A stretch of 64,000 bases of DNA, from positions 8,060-72,059 of the forward strand of contig CAZGOD010000006.1 in assembly GCA_964527715.1 (NCBI GenBank). Reading direction: 5' to 3'. Each line of letters starts with the position of its first letter. Position 1 is the first letter of the stretch. Source of the stretch: an uncultured Thermoplasmatales archaeon. Lineage in GTDB: Archaea; Thermoplasmatota; E2; DHVEG-1. A program made the position numbers and the translations under genes. Positions 1 to 10,498 of the stretch are shown one piece after another. The notes below the pieces were generated by a model. That model saw only the letters and a list, made by a program, of their open reading frames with translations. It made no database searches and had not been told where the DNA came from.

Positions 1-587
1 ATGTAGACGCAGCCTTCGGAGGATATGTTATTCCCTTTTTGAAACAACTAGGCTACGATATACCAGATTTTGATTTCAAACTAAAAGGAGTTAGCACAAT
101 ATCAATAGATGCACACAAAATGGGATGCTCCGCGATACCACTTGGAACCCTAGCGATACGAGACATGAAATGGCTTGATAAAATCAGCGTAGAAGCACAT
201 TGTGTAAGCAATGGGAAACAAACAGGAATCCTTGGAACCCGATCTGGTGGACCAATCGCTGCAGCCTGGGCAGTATCAGAAAATCTAGGAAACAATGGTT
301 ACAAAAAAATAGTTCAGCAGTGCATGGATACAACACATCATCTAATGAAACGAGTAGATGAAATAGGGCTGCAAATGCTAGTTAAACCCACCATGAACGT
401 AGTAGGAATCAGAGTTAAAAAACCATCAGAGATCATAAAAAAACTAACTAAAAAAGGTTGGAAAGTAAATAAAATGGACCGGATATCCTGTCTACGCATT
501 GTAGTAATGCCACATGTAACAAAAAAGATAATAGATGAATTTATTCCCAATCTAGAAAAAACATGTAAGGAAGTTGGAGAGATATGA
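1..587 (+). CDS. mfnA: PLP-dependent L-tyrosine/L-aspartate decarboxylase (MfnA-like), 5'-truncated by window edge
   Basis: Reading frame is open from nt 3 (VDAAFGGYVIPF...). SIDAHKMG matches the PLP-lysine region of group II decarboxylases. Similar to archaeal MfnA C-terminal half. Confidence 0.75.
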   Translation, partial: VDAAFGGYVIPFLKQLGYDIPDFDFKLKGVSTISIDAHKMGCSAIPLGTLAIRDMKWLDKISVEAHCVSNGKQTGILGTRSGGPIAAAWAVSENLGNNGYKKIVQQCMDTTHHLMKRVDEIGLQMLVKPTMNVVGIRVKKPSEIIKKLTKKGWKVNKMDRISCLRIVVMPHVTKKIIDEFIPNLEKTCKEVGEI

Positions 588-1150
588 ATCTGGAGTTGTT
601 AAAACAATCCCTACTCGAAGCACCAGTTGTTAAAAAAAAGGATTACTGGTATGTTATACATCCTATAACAGATGGCGTACCAAAAATAAACCCAGATCTT
701 TTATCAGAAATAGTCGATGAAATGTATAATAGGATAACAAAATGCGGTGAAATCGATAAAATCGTCACCATAGAAGCAATGGGGATACCACTTGCAACCG
801 CTTTATCACAGAAAATGAACCTTCCATTTAATATCATCCGGAAAAGATCATATGGTCTACCTGGCGAAATCAACGTAGAACAAGTAACAGGGTATTCAAA
901 ATCAGAATTATTCATAAATGGTTTAAACAAGGGAGACCAGATTGTAATCGTCGATGATGTTCTCAGCACAGGTGGAACTCTTAAAGCAGTAGTGTCACAA
1001 CTAAAAAAAATGGGCGTCAATATAAAAGGAGTTTTCATAGCTGTAAACAAAGGAGACACTATAAAAACCATCATGGAAGAGTTCAAAGTAAACATCGACT
1101 CTCTTGTCACAATAGAAGTAGAAGATGGAAAAGTCAAAATAATATCATAA
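584..1150 (+). CDS. type I purine phosphoribosyltransferase (Hpt/Apt-like)
   Basis: PRPP-binding motif VIVDDVLSTGGTL. About 190 aa. ATGA overlap with the upstream gene. Confidence 0.7.
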   Translation: MNLELLKQSLLEAPVVKKKDYWYVIHPITDGVPKINPDLLSEIVDEMYNRITKCGEIDKIVTIEAMGIPLATALSQKMNLPFNIIRKRSYGLPGEINVEQVTGYSKSELFINGLNKGDQIVIVDDVLSTGGTLKAVVSQLKKMGVNIKGVFIAVNKGDTIKTIMEEFKVNIDSLVTIEVEDGKVKIIS

Positions 1151-1185
1151 TAGGAAAAATATTATAAAGAGAAACGTATCGGAGT

Positions 1186-1395
1186 TTGATTAATATGGCT
1201 GAAAAAATACAGCAGCATACACATTGTCAGATGTGTGGAAAAGCAATACCTGTTAAAGAAGCACTCTGCTCAGAGGACTGTAAAGAAAAATACCAAAACC
1301 TCTTAAAGAAACGTAAAAAAACCCTATACCTACTTTATGGCATGATACTAATTTTCTTCATAGTAATCATAGCTAGCGTAATACTTGGAGTATAA
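1186..1395 (+). CDS. small zinc-ribbon protein with C-terminal TM helix (DUF2116-like)
   Basis: CxxC...C..C pattern followed by a hydrophobic tail. Confidence 0.4.
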   Translation: MINMAEKIQQHTHCQMCGKAIPVKEALCSEDCKEKYQNLLKKRKKTLYLLYGMILIFFIVIIASVILGV

Positions 1396-1447
1396 TCCTA
1401 ATAAAAACGAAAGGTTAAACTAAGAGTATAGTTTCTTCACTTTTTAT

Positions 1448-2773
1448 ATGATTGATGTCATATCTGTATTGATAACCCTAGGAGTAATAATGACCCTAGG
1501 TTTCATAGGTAACTACATTTTCAACAGGACACAAATTCCTAGCATAATCTGGCTTTTACTCTTTGGTTTAATAGTAGGATTTGTTTTCAATATTAGAGCA
1601 GACATAAGCGAAGTTACATTAACTAGAATCTCAGAATTATTCGCAGCAGTAGCAATAGTAATAATACTATTTGATGGCGGTATAAACACTGATCTACATC
1701 AAATGTTCAGAGGCGCACCAAGGGGTCTATTACTCACAGTATCTGCTTTTTGTTTAAGCCTAATTGGTACAATGGCAATTGTGATACTACTTTCTTTAAC
1801 AGGGATCCTTCCAATACCCCCTGAGAACAGCGTAATAACAGGTATAATACTAGGAGCAATAGTAGGTGGTACAAGCAGCCCGATAGTCATACCCTTAGCA
1901 TCCAGACTTAAAAACTTACAAGAAAAAACTAAAATGGCATTGTCAATAGAAAGCATAATCACTGACCCTTTATGCATCATTGTAGTCCTTGCCATAGCCC
2001 ACATGTTAATCTACGCAGGAGCACTGGATTTAACCCTCGGAATAAGAAACCTGATCACCACATTCTCAGTTGGAATAGTAATAGGGGCATTACTAGGATT
2101 TGTATGGCTACCTATAATGCATAAAGTTAGAAAACAACAATTCTCCTACGTTTTAACACTAGCAGTAGTATTCCTAGTATATTCTCTAACAACTAGATTA
2201 ATAGGTGAAGAACAAGGTGGAACCGGAGCAGGAGCAATAGCCTGTCTAGTATTTGGACTAGTACTAGGCAACGGTAAAAAAGTACTAAAAATGGTAAACT
2301 ACCAAGGAGAAGGCTTTGAAATGGACGAGGAAACAAAACAATTCCACTCACTCACATCATTTGTAATTAGAACCTTCTTCTTCGTATACCTGGGCATAAT
2401 GGTAAGCTTCCAAAAAACCGAATTCATCATAGTAGGAATAATAGTACTACTAGCACTACTCTTACTAAGATATCTATCAGTAGAAATAGCAACATACAGA
2501 GGCAAATTCGAAAAAGACGACAAACAAACAATGACTATTATGATGCCACGTGGACTAGCAGCAGCAATATTAGCAATTAATTTCGGAGGAATCTTCGCCA
2601 ACAAATTAATGCCTAACTTAGACATGGATAGTTTCTTCCAAGACGTCGCATTCGTAATAATACTAGGAACAGCAATAGTTACAACAGTTGGCGTATCAAT
2701 AATATCACATTATGAAAGAAAAAAACTAGATGAACCAAAAGTAACAGTACAAACAGATGAAGAAAAAAAATAG
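1448..2773 (+). CDS. Na+/H+ (cation:proton) antiporter, CPA1/NhaP-type
   Basis: About 12 predicted TM segments. Overall resemblance to NhaP-family exchangers. Confidence 0.7.
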   Translation: MIDVISVLITLGVIMTLGFIGNYIFNRTQIPSIIWLLLFGLIVGFVFNIRADISEVTLTRISELFAAVAIVIILFDGGINTDLHQMFRGAPRGLLLTVSAFCLSLIGTMAIVILLSLTGILPIPPENSVITGIILGAIVGGTSSPIVIPLASRLKNLQEKTKMALSIESIITDPLCIIVVLAIAHMLIYAGALDLTLGIRNLITTFSVGIVIGALLGFVWLPIMHKVRKQQFSYVLTLAVVFLVYSLTTRLIGEEQGGTGAGAIACLVFGLVLGNGKKVLKMVNYQGEGFEMDEETKQFHSLTSFVIRTFFFVYLGIMVSFQKTEFIIVGIIVLLALLLLRYLSVEIATYRGKFEKDDKQTMTIMMPRGLAAAILAINFGGIFANKLMPNLDMDSFFQDVAFVIILGTAIVTTVGVSIISHYERKKLDEPKVTVQTDEEKK

Positions 2774-2778
2774 TTATT

Positions 2779-2976
2779 TTACTCTGCTAATTCTTCCTGT
2801 AAATCTATAACCATTTCTGTAAGAACATCTTCGAAAACCTGATGCCGATATTCTTTGATGGAACCATTTGCCATATGCGCACGAGCAACAAAATCCCGTC
2901 CATCTTTAATAATCTCAATGTGACATACCGTTTCCATAGGTAACACTAGCCCAATCTGCAATCCCGAATTCATCAA
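2779..2976 (-). CDS. small hypothetical protein (possibly HicB/UPF0150-like)
   Basis: 65-aa ORF in a gap between convergent genes. Weak resemblance only. Confidence 0.25.
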   Translation of the reverse strand: MMNSGLQIGLVLPMETVCHIEIIKDGRDFVARAHMANGSIKEYRHQVFEDVLTEMVIDLQEELAE

Positions 2977-3050
2977 ATGTATTTATATTTTTTGTGACCA
3001 AAAATTAATCAAACCCTTCACCATTATCAACTCAAAACAGGGGGATAATA

Positions 3051-3932
3051 ATGGTAAAAATAAGGAGACCAGCAGTAGCAGGACAATTCTACGATGCATC
3101 AGATACAAACCTAATACAAACACTAAAAGAAAGCTTCCTAGACAACCGCGGACCAAAAACCCTACCTGAAATCAAAAAAGGAAACAAAAACATCAAAGGA
3201 GTAGTCGTACCACATGCAGGCTACATATACTCAGGCGCAATAGCCGCCCACTCATACCACACAATAGCAGATAACGGATTCGCTGACACATTCATCATAC
3301 TAGGACCAAACCACACCGGTATCGGATCAGGAGTATCTATAATGACAGAAGGAGTCTGGCAAACACCACTAGGCGAAACACCAATAAACAACGAACTAGC
3401 AGAACTACTATGCACCGGCATGATAAACAAAGACGAAAAAGCACATAGATACGAACACAGCATCGAAGTACAAATACCCTTCCTACAATACTCAGCTAAC
3501 AACAAAGCATTCGACTTCGTACCAATATGCATGGGAATACAAGACTACTACACCTCAATAAAAGTAGGAGAAATCATAGCAGAAGCAATCAAAAAAACAA
3601 ATAAAAAAACCATAATAGTAGCAAGCAGCGACTTCTCCCACGCTGGTTTCAACTACACGAGCATGCCACCACCAGGTATGAGAGTCGACCGATACGCAGA
3701 AAAACAAGACCAACTCGCCATCGAAGAAATACTTAGACTAGACCCCAAAGGACTAATAGATACAGTCCAACAAAAAAACATCACAATGTGCGGATACGGA
3801 CCAGTAGCAGCCATGATCACAGCAACTAAACTACAAGGAGCAAAAACAGCAGAACTCCTTAAATACAGCACATCATACGACGTACAACCAAGCGACTCAT
3901 GCGTAGGATACGGATCAATAATAATATACTAA
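3051..3932 (+). CDS. MEMO1-family protein (AmmeMemoRadiSam system protein B)
   Basis: N-terminus RRPAVAGQFY, VVPHAGY.YSG, ILGPNH and C-terminal Cys/His typical of the Memo/UPF0103 family. Confidence 0.8.
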   Translation: MVKIRRPAVAGQFYDASDTNLIQTLKESFLDNRGPKTLPEIKKGNKNIKGVVVPHAGYIYSGAIAAHSYHTIADNGFADTFIILGPNHTGIGSGVSIMTEGVWQTPLGETPINNELAELLCTGMINKDEKAHRYEHSIEVQIPFLQYSANNKAFDFVPICMGIQDYYTSIKVGEIIAEAIKKTNKKTIIVASSDFSHAGFNYTSMPPPGMRVDRYAEKQDQLAIEEILRLDPKGLIDTVQQKNITMCGYGPVAAMITATKLQGAKTAELLKYSTSYDVQPSDSCVGYGSIIIY

Positions 3933-3953
3933 AAAAAATGGGGAAAACATTTT

Positions 3954-4898
3954 ATGGAAAAAAAAATAGTCAGAGACATACAGCTAAAAAAAGGAACAAA
4001 CACCAACCAACTCATCAAAAAAATGCATGAATCCGGTGGTTTCACAGCAAAAAACACAGCACTAGGCGTAGACATCCTTGAAAAAATGATAAAACAAAAA
4101 GAATGCATCAACTTCCTCTCATTCCCAGCCTGTATATGCGCAACAGGTACAAGAGGAATCATAAAAGAACTCTTAAAAAGAAAACTTTTTGACGTTGTTA
4201 TAACAACATGTGGGACACTAGACCATGACCTAGCAAGAATATGGAAACACTACTACCATGGACATTTCATGACAGATGACAAAGAACTACATAAAAAAGG
4301 AATCAACCGCCTAGGCAACATCTTCATACCCAACGAATGCTACGGGAAAATCCTAGAACAAAAAATGCAACCCATGCTACACAAAATCTACAAAACTAAT
4401 CATAAATGGTCAACCCGAGATCTAATCTGGGAATTTGGGAAACACCTAGAGAAAGAAAAAAACCATGATGAATCAATAATCTACTGGTCATACAAAAATA
4501 AGATACCAATATTTGTACCAGGAATAACAGATGGAGCTTTTGGCTCTCAAATATGGACATTCTATCAGGACCACAAGGACTTCACATTTGACCTACTAAA
4601 AGATGAACAACATCTCTCAGATATATTATTCCAAGCAAAAAAAACTGGGGCACTAATCATAGGCGGAGGCATATCAAAACATCACACAATATGGTGGAAC
4701 CAGTTCAAAGACGGTCTTGACCACGCAGTATATATCACAACAGCAGTAGAATACGATGGTAGCCTCAGTGGCGCTCAAACCAGGGAAGCAATATCCTGGG
4801 GGAAAATAAAAGAAAAAGCAGATAACATTACAATAGACGGGGATGCAACAGTGCTACTACCATTAATGATTAATGCACTGTTTGAAAGATTAAAATAA
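3954..4898 (+). CDS. dys: deoxyhypusine synthase
   Basis: GGGISKHH NAD-binding/catalytic motif, ITTCGTLD, and length of about 314 aa. Confidence 0.85.
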   Translation: MEKKIVRDIQLKKGTNTNQLIKKMHESGGFTAKNTALGVDILEKMIKQKECINFLSFPACICATGTRGIIKELLKRKLFDVVITTCGTLDHDLARIWKHYYHGHFMTDDKELHKKGINRLGNIFIPNECYGKILEQKMQPMLHKIYKTNHKWSTRDLIWEFGKHLEKEKNHDESIIYWSYKNKIPIFVPGITDGAFGSQIWTFYQDHKDFTFDLLKDEQHLSDILFQAKKTGALIIGGGISKHHTIWWNQFKDGLDHAVYITTAVEYDGSLSGAQTREAISWGKIKEKADNITIDGDATVLLPLMINALFERLK

Positions 4899-5747
4899 AG
4901 CCTTCATCAAAAGTTTAATATTAGCAGGTAAACTCGGCAACGGTTTTCCCTCATACAACGCAATCGCTGAGTTAACACAAGTATCCACAGTTTCACCAAA
5001 AAACCATCGACCATAATCAGCATCAGCACGAGCAGGACTACCAATATACCCATCATTCAAACCAAGTTGTCTAAACGTTTTACCCAGAGTACGAACAGAT
5101 CTAACATCACGATAAATACTCTGCAGCTTTTTATGTGATTCATCAACAAGATACGGATACTGATATTTCATAAGAGAAGTCTCACGGAAACCACCATGAA
5201 CCTCCTTTTTTGTATCAAAACCTAGTTTAGGCTCACGTTTTTCAACCTCATTATTATAAAAATAGGGACCCCATGGCTCAGCTAGTCTCATATCATACCG
5301 AGATTCAATCTTTTTAATAGCAGAATATATGCCTTTAAGATGAGCAAGGGCCATATGAAAAGAACAAATAACCATGTATTTGAAACCATGATTTGCAAGA
5401 GATTCAGCTGTACTATAAACAATCTCTTTCACAACCTTGCTACTCACTGATATACTACCAGGAAAATCACTAACAAATTTACAACTACCAACAGGTATAG
5501 ACGGCATGAGAACACAGGTTAACTCAGGTTTTTTCCCATTTAAAACACGTATTGCTTCAGTAGCAGCATCCTGAGAGGTTAATAGATCTGTTCCAACTGG
5601 TAGATGCGGGCCATGTTCCTCAAGTGGACTAATTGGTAGAAAAAATATTGTTTTATCTCTATCTAGTTTATCTATTTGTTTCCAACTCAGCTCTTCCATT
5701 TTAAGTATTTTCATAGTATGCTTCTCGTCATTTTTCGTTGTTTTCAA
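4890..5747 (-). CDS. creatininase-family amidohydrolase
   Basis: EEHGPHLPVGTD metal-binding signature of the creatinine amidohydrolase family. Confidence 0.7.
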   Translation of the reverse strand: MKTTKNDEKHTMKILKMEELSWKQIDKLDRDKTIFFLPISPLEEHGPHLPVGTDLLTSQDAATEAIRVLNGKKPELTCVLMPSIPVGSCKFVSDFPGSISVSSKVVKEIVYSTAESLANHGFKYMVICSFHMALAHLKGIYSAIKKIESRYDMRLAEPWGPYFYNNEVEKREPKLGFDTKKEVHGGFRETSLMKYQYPYLVDESHKKLQSIYRDVRSVRTLGKTFRQLGLNDGYIGSPARADADYGRWFFGETVDTCVNSAIALYEGKPLPSLPANIKLLMKALF

Positions 5748-6646
5748 AGAGTGGTCACCTCACATTCATCCTCATGAACGATCAAAGTATGTTCTTTCTG
5801 AGTAACAATACTACCTTTAACCTCAATCAGTTGAGGATAAGATTTTATCACTCTACGAAGAGTAAGACGTCTCAATATTTGATCAAAACCCTTGTTAATA
5901 ATTTTTTTACACCAACGCTGAGCAAATGGCAACGTCTTAAAATTTGATTGAATCTTATTTATTAAAACCTTAGACCGGTTATCTCTAATAAGTCTCTCAT
6001 TGAACACTTTGTTATATATAAATATATTACTAGTATCACCTGAAGTAATATGGCCTCGGCCATCTGTTGCAAAAGGTTCAACTGCTAAGACATCACCCTC
6101 AGCAGCTACTGTTTTAGCAGAGGATTTAACATTGGGGACCTCCAGCCCCGAGTGAAGAGCGTAATGCCCCAACTTATGACCAGAAAGATTAGCTACAGGT
6201 TTACACCCATATGATTTAATGGTCTCCTCAATCTTACCCCCTATTTTTGAAAGATTGACACCTGCTTTCATGTTATCAATTGCAACATCCAAAGCATCAC
6301 TCGATGCACAGATCATATCACCATGATTATTTGTTCCCACCTCCAAAGTTAACGCAGTATCTGCTATATACCCATCAACATGAGCACCAACATCAAGTTT
6401 TACCACATCACCTTTCTTAAAAACTATTTTATCATCATGACGAGGTGTAAAATGAGCAGCAATATCATTTATAGAAAGATTAACAGGGAAAGCAATACCT
6501 GCATTTTTTCCCAGGATTTTTGATTCAACAGACTCTGCGACTTTCAAAAAACTCACACCAGGTCTTATCAAATCTTTACCATAATCCCTTGCTTCAGCGG
6601 CTATTTTACCCGCGAGCAAATACTTCTCATATACCTCATCATCCAT
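5744..6646 (-). CDS. map: methionine aminopeptidase, type II (archaeal)
   Basis: Pita-bread fold motifs (DVGAHVDGYIADTA, HSGLEVPN, EPFATDG) and archaeal-type length. Confidence 0.85.
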   Translation of the reverse strand: MDDEVYEKYLLAGKIAAEARDYGKDLIRPGVSFLKVAESVESKILGKNAGIAFPVNLSINDIAAHFTPRHDDKIVFKKGDVVKLDVGAHVDGYIADTALTLEVGTNNHGDMICASSDALDVAIDNMKAGVNLSKIGGKIEETIKSYGCKPVANLSGHKLGHYALHSGLEVPNVKSSAKTVAAEGDVLAVEPFATDGRGHITSGDTSNIFIYNKVFNERLIRDNRSKVLINKIQSNFKTLPFAQRWCKKIINKGFDQILRRLTLRRVIKSYPQLIEVKGSIVTQKEHTLIVHEDECEVTTL

Positions 6647-6649
6647 AGC

Positions 6650-7240
6650 CTAAATCACACCCAGTATCTTGTCCGTGGGTATCATTCCCTCACGAATAAT
6701 CCTTGGTTTTTCACTTGTTAAATCAACAATAGTAGAAGGTTTACCCTCAAGTCTACCACAATCAAGATAAACACTTACATCCTTGTCTTTAAACTGCATT
6801 CTAATATCATTTATAATACCTAGTGTTTTTTCCCCATGAATATTTGCACTCGTAACAGTTAACGGACCAAAACTTGACAATAACTCGAGAGCGATACCAT
6901 TACCTGGGATTCTCACAGCAATCTTATCAAGACCACCTGTGACAACATCAGATACACAGCTTCTCTTCTTTAAGATCAGAGTCAATGGGCCAGGTAGAAA
7001 AGAATCAGTTAAACACTTTGCAGACTCAGTTGTATAAGCAATTTCTTTCATATTATCAAAACTAGAAACCGCTACAGGCAGAGGATTATCAAATGGGCGA
7101 CGTTTTATCTCAAAAACACGTCTCACAGCATCTTTTTTATAAATATCAGCACCCAGTGCATACAGAGTATCAGTTGGGTACACTACAAGAAAACCTTTTT
7201 GTAACGCTGATACAACATCACTAATCTCTCTTTTAGACAT
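6650..7240 (-). CDS. L-threonylcarbamoyladenylate synthase (Sua5/YrdC/TsaC family)
   Basis: YPTDTLYALGAD signature of the YrdC fold. Confidence 0.8.
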   Translation of the reverse strand: MSKREISDVVSALQKGFLVVYPTDTLYALGADIYKKDAVRRVFEIKRRPFDNPLPVAVSSFDNMKEIAYTTESAKCLTDSFLPGPLTLILKKRSCVSDVVTGGLDKIAVRIPGNGIALELLSSFGPLTVTSANIHGEKTLGIINDIRMQFKDKDVSVYLDCGRLEGKPSTIVDLTSEKPRIIREGMIPTDKILGVI

Positions 7241-7242
7241 GT

Positions 7243-7743
7243 TTATTTTTCTTCTTTTTTAATAAAATCACCAAGAGTAAGACCACGATCCTGATGAGAA
7301 CCGAGAGAAACATTTGAAACATTTTTTACATCTTCGATTAATGTAATGCCCAATTCTTTCTCTAATTTCCCAACAACTTTATCACTAGGGCGTAGATCAC
7401 CATTCTCAATTTTAGCAATAGTAACAGTTCGCTCACCAATACGGAAACCAAGTTCCTCGCGGCTAAGGCTCTTTTTCTGCCTAGCATTTTTAATTATATT
7501 ATTCCAACCAGATACAAGCTCCTTATTCATACCCTCATAGACATCCTTAGTCTTAGGTCTTTTAATCCTGCTTAGAATAGGAACACCCTGTGGGCTACTA
7601 GCTGGTTCTTTAACGCTTTTACCATGTTGTTTCAAACAATCAGGGCATAGCATCATACTTACACTATCAACAGTAGCAGGGTGACAATAACATTTTCGAC
7701 CGCAAAGTTCACATTGCATAGCCAAATCTTCCCTCCTGAACAA
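7243..7743 (-). CDS. archaeal multiprotein-bridging factor 1 (aMBF1), Zn-ribbon plus XRE-type HTH
   Basis: N-terminal CELCGRKC...CPDC zinc ribbon. C-terminal HTH region LSREELGFRIGERTVTIAKIENGDLRPSDKVVGKLEKELGITL. Confidence 0.75.
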   Translation of the reverse strand: MFRREDLAMQCELCGRKCYCHPATVDSVSMMLCPDCLKQHGKSVKEPASSPQGVPILSRIKRPKTKDVYEGMNKELVSGWNNIIKNARQKKSLSREELGFRIGERTVTIAKIENGDLRPSDKVVGKLEKELGITLIEDVKNVSNVSLGSHQDRGLTLGDFIKKEEK

Positions 7744-7747
7744 TAGT

Positions 7748-8617
7748 CTATATTAAACCTGCTTTCTGCAAAGCCATTAAATCCTCAGTACTAAGTTTCT
7801 CACCACTTTTAAACCGCTCAAATATCTCATTTGCCTCCTTATGAGCAGCAGTGGCCTCCTCAGCTTTTTTCTTCTTGTGTGTCGTAGTACGAACTGTGGA
7901 AATCTCACGTTCAAAATTATGAATCGTATCAACACATTCAATGAAATCCTTATGAACCTTATCAGCTTCAATCTTTGTCATAACAATGCTCTCTTGGATC
8001 TCATTAACCTTTTTTACCATATTATCAAGCTGTTTAATTAGAGAGATCATACCTTCATGTTCCTCTTGAGCACGAGTAGCTAGTTTTTCCACAGTATCAT
8101 GTTGTTTCTCAGCTTTCTGTTTAATAATTTTTTCCTCCTCAGTAGCTTTTTTAAGCCGTGGGTCCTTGTTTAATGCTTCCTCTTGTTCCTTAATTTTAGT
8201 ATGAACACCAGAGATAATTTCAATTACTTTTTTCTCTTTCTGCGGTGACATAGGCTGAGTCATCTGCTCATTTTCAAGACTTCTAAGTTGTTTCCTAAGC
8301 TCATTGATATTTGTACCAGATGCTGTAGAACGAGCTCGTTGTAATTCATCGATTTTTCTCTTAAATTCAATCAGGCTTTTGTTAAGCCTATTTCTCTGCT
8401 CTTTCGCATGCTTCACTCGCCCGTTAAGCTCATCTCGTTTCTTTTTATGTTGACTAATTTGATTTCTCATCTCTCTAACTTTAGAGTTAAGTTTATCTCG
8501 TTCCTCAGCTAGTTCTTTTGATTTTTTATGCAACTGATTTCTTTTATCTTTTAAATCATTAGCTCTTTTTTGAAGATCATCTTTTTTCTTTGTTAAACCC
8601 TCTACAGACTCTATCAT
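7748..8617 (-). CDS. K/E/R-rich coiled-coil protein, unknown function
   Basis: 289 aa, heptad-like low-complexity sequence, conserved-looking C-terminal tail (LMALQKAGLI). Confidence 0.4.
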   Translation of the reverse strand: MIESVEGLTKKKDDLQKRANDLKDKRNQLHKKSKELAEERDKLNSKVREMRNQISQHKKKRDELNGRVKHAKEQRNRLNKSLIEFKRKIDELQRARSTASGTNINELRKQLRSLENEQMTQPMSPQKEKKVIEIISGVHTKIKEQEEALNKDPRLKKATEEEKIIKQKAEKQHDTVEKLATRAQEEHEGMISLIKQLDNMVKKVNEIQESIVMTKIEADKVHKDFIECVDTIHNFEREISTVRTTTHKKKKAEEATAAHKEANEIFERFKSGEKLSTEDLMALQKAGLI

Positions 8618-8701
8618 TGAAAACCCCTAAGGCATCAGCCTACAACTAGACCCTAAAATAATAGGTATTTATTAAGCATTTTGGAAATAAAACAGTAAAA
8701 A

Positions 8702-9397
8702 TCAGTCAATTCTCTCTCTAGAACGCTGTTTAAACATTATTATACCATCAACAATAACCGCTAGAATACCTGTTATATATATCATATCAAACACAACTGC
8801 TCCCCCAATAACCGCATTTGTAGGTTTACTAACAGGAGAACTAAGTAACTCCCAAAGATGTAAAAAATCAGCACCTATTAACACACCTAGAGTACCTGAT
8901 ATATACGCCAAAGGGGCAGCCTTTCGAAACTCCTTCCATAACAAAGTAACAGAAGCAATACTAGCAGCAAAAGCAGGGAGCAACCAAAAAGGGAAATGAG
9001 AAATTATACCTTTACTAGGATCAGGAATGGTAACTAAAAAAGCAATTACTGTGACAACAGCCACACCGATAACAACTTTCTTCAGAGAAAGTTTCTTCTC
9101 ATAAATAAGATAAACACTTAACAAAACAGGGAGTATAGCACCGCCCATATTGATACCAACTCTCCAGCTATCATAAGAAAACAAATAGATATTCGAGATG
9201 TTAAAACCATATAACACAATATCGAAACCAAAAATAAACGATACAAAAACAATTATTATGGCCTCTAGAGAAGAAAAACCCATGTATCTAAATGCTTTTG
9301 TCAAAATAAGATAACCAACATATAAAACAAGAAGGGGGATAAGTATATAGAGAATGTATAAACCAATCTGAGTTAGACCAGAAACTGCTAGAACCAT
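8702..9397 (-). CDS. polytopic integral membrane protein (possibly DUF1614-like)
   Basis: 6-7 hydrophobic segments. No catalytic motif. Confidence 0.4.
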   Translation of the reverse strand: MVLAVSGLTQIGLYILYILIPLLVLYVGYLILTKAFRYMGFSSLEAIIIVFVSFIFGFDIVLYGFNISNIYLFSYDSWRVGINMGGAILPVLLSVYLIYEKKLSLKKVVIGVAVVTVIAFLVTIPDPSKGIISHFPFWLLPAFAASIASVTLLWKEFRKAAPLAYISGTLGVLIGADFLHLWELLSSPVSKPTNAVIGGAVVFDMIYITGILAVIVDGIIMFKQRSRERID

Positions 9398-9503
9398 ATT
9401 TAAGCCTCTGATAGATATATTATTTATAAACTTTAGCTTAATAATATTGAATCATTCGATGATTGAGCTATAAAATATATATACTAGGGGTAAGAAAAGT
9501 ATT

Positions 9504-10412
9504 ATGAATATTCAATTAAAGGATGTAGTTATAATGAATAACAAGAGAGTAACGATTTTAGCTATAACACTAGTATTAATAATGTTAGGCAGTACTATCA
9601 CAGTAGTTTCATCGAAACAAACAGAAAATAATTTGAAAAATCAATCTGAAAACCCAGTGGAATATTATGCTTTGATAATTGGTGTTGAAAAATTCAATGA
9701 ATCATTCAACCAGGAATATGAAGAAGAAGCAATAGAGGACGGTGCAATAGCATTTTACAATCAACTAATACAACATAATTGGACGGAGGGAAACATCAAA
9801 TTATTATTAAATGAAAACGCAACAAAACAGGACATTAAAAACGCGATAACAATATGGCTAGATGAAAAAGAAGATGAAAACGATATAGTAATATATTATT
9901 TCTCAGGACATAGCTGGAAAGTACCAATAACTAAAAGGAAATATGGTAATACATACACATTTCCATATGATATATCTAACAACTTATTTTCAGAGGATAA
10001 AATAACAGATAAAGAACTTGATTCATGGCTTGATGAATTAGAATCTAAACATATGGCTTTGATAATGGATACATGTTACTCTGGTAGAATGAGAGCACTA
10101 GTTCAACCAGGTCGAATACTTTTAGCTGCAGGTGGTAAACGTATTTTATGTCCAGTAAGCGGAGATGTAACTCTGGGTACTGGTATTTTCTCCTTTTTCT
10201 TAATGCAAGGCTTCGATGGTGTAGCAGATATTAACAATGATGGCTGGGTAACAGCTGAAGAAGCTTTTCGCTATGCTCGTTTACCAACATTTCATTTCTC
10301 CGTCTGGAGATGGTTCCCATATACAGAGCATCTACCCTTCTTCATTGGAATTCAGATACCCTATATGTATGATAGACACCTTGGGCAACTACCATTAATC
10401 AAATACGCTTAA
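9504..10412 (+). CDS. secreted or membrane-anchored caspase-like (C13/legumain-like) cysteine peptidase
   Basis: N-terminal TM/signal anchor. His in YYFSGHS and Cys in MDTCYSG are spaced like the legumain/caspase His-Cys dyad. Confidence 0.5.
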   Translation: MNIQLKDVVIMNNKRVTILAITLVLIMLGSTITVVSSKQTENNLKNQSENPVEYYALIIGVEKFNESFNQEYEEEAIEDGAIAFYNQLIQHNWTEGNIKLLLNENATKQDIKNAITIWLDEKEDENDIVIYYFSGHSWKVPITKRKYGNTYTFPYDISNNLFSEDKITDKELDSWLDELESKHMALIMDTCYSGRMRALVQPGRILLAAGGKRILCPVSGDVTLGTGIFSFFLMQGFDGVADINNDGWVTAEEAFRYARLPTFHFSVWRWFPYTEHLPFFIGIQIPYMYDRHLGQLPLIKYA

Positions 10413-10498
10413 AAAACTGGTGATAATGGACCGGAACATAAATCAATTAATATTTTTATACTACCGTTATATTCCGGTTCCAAAGTAGTGAGAAAAAA

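Noticed and set aside
5738-5947. 69-aa plus-strand ORF
   Set aside because: Overlaps the 3' end of the methionine aminopeptidase gene on the opposite strand. No start context.
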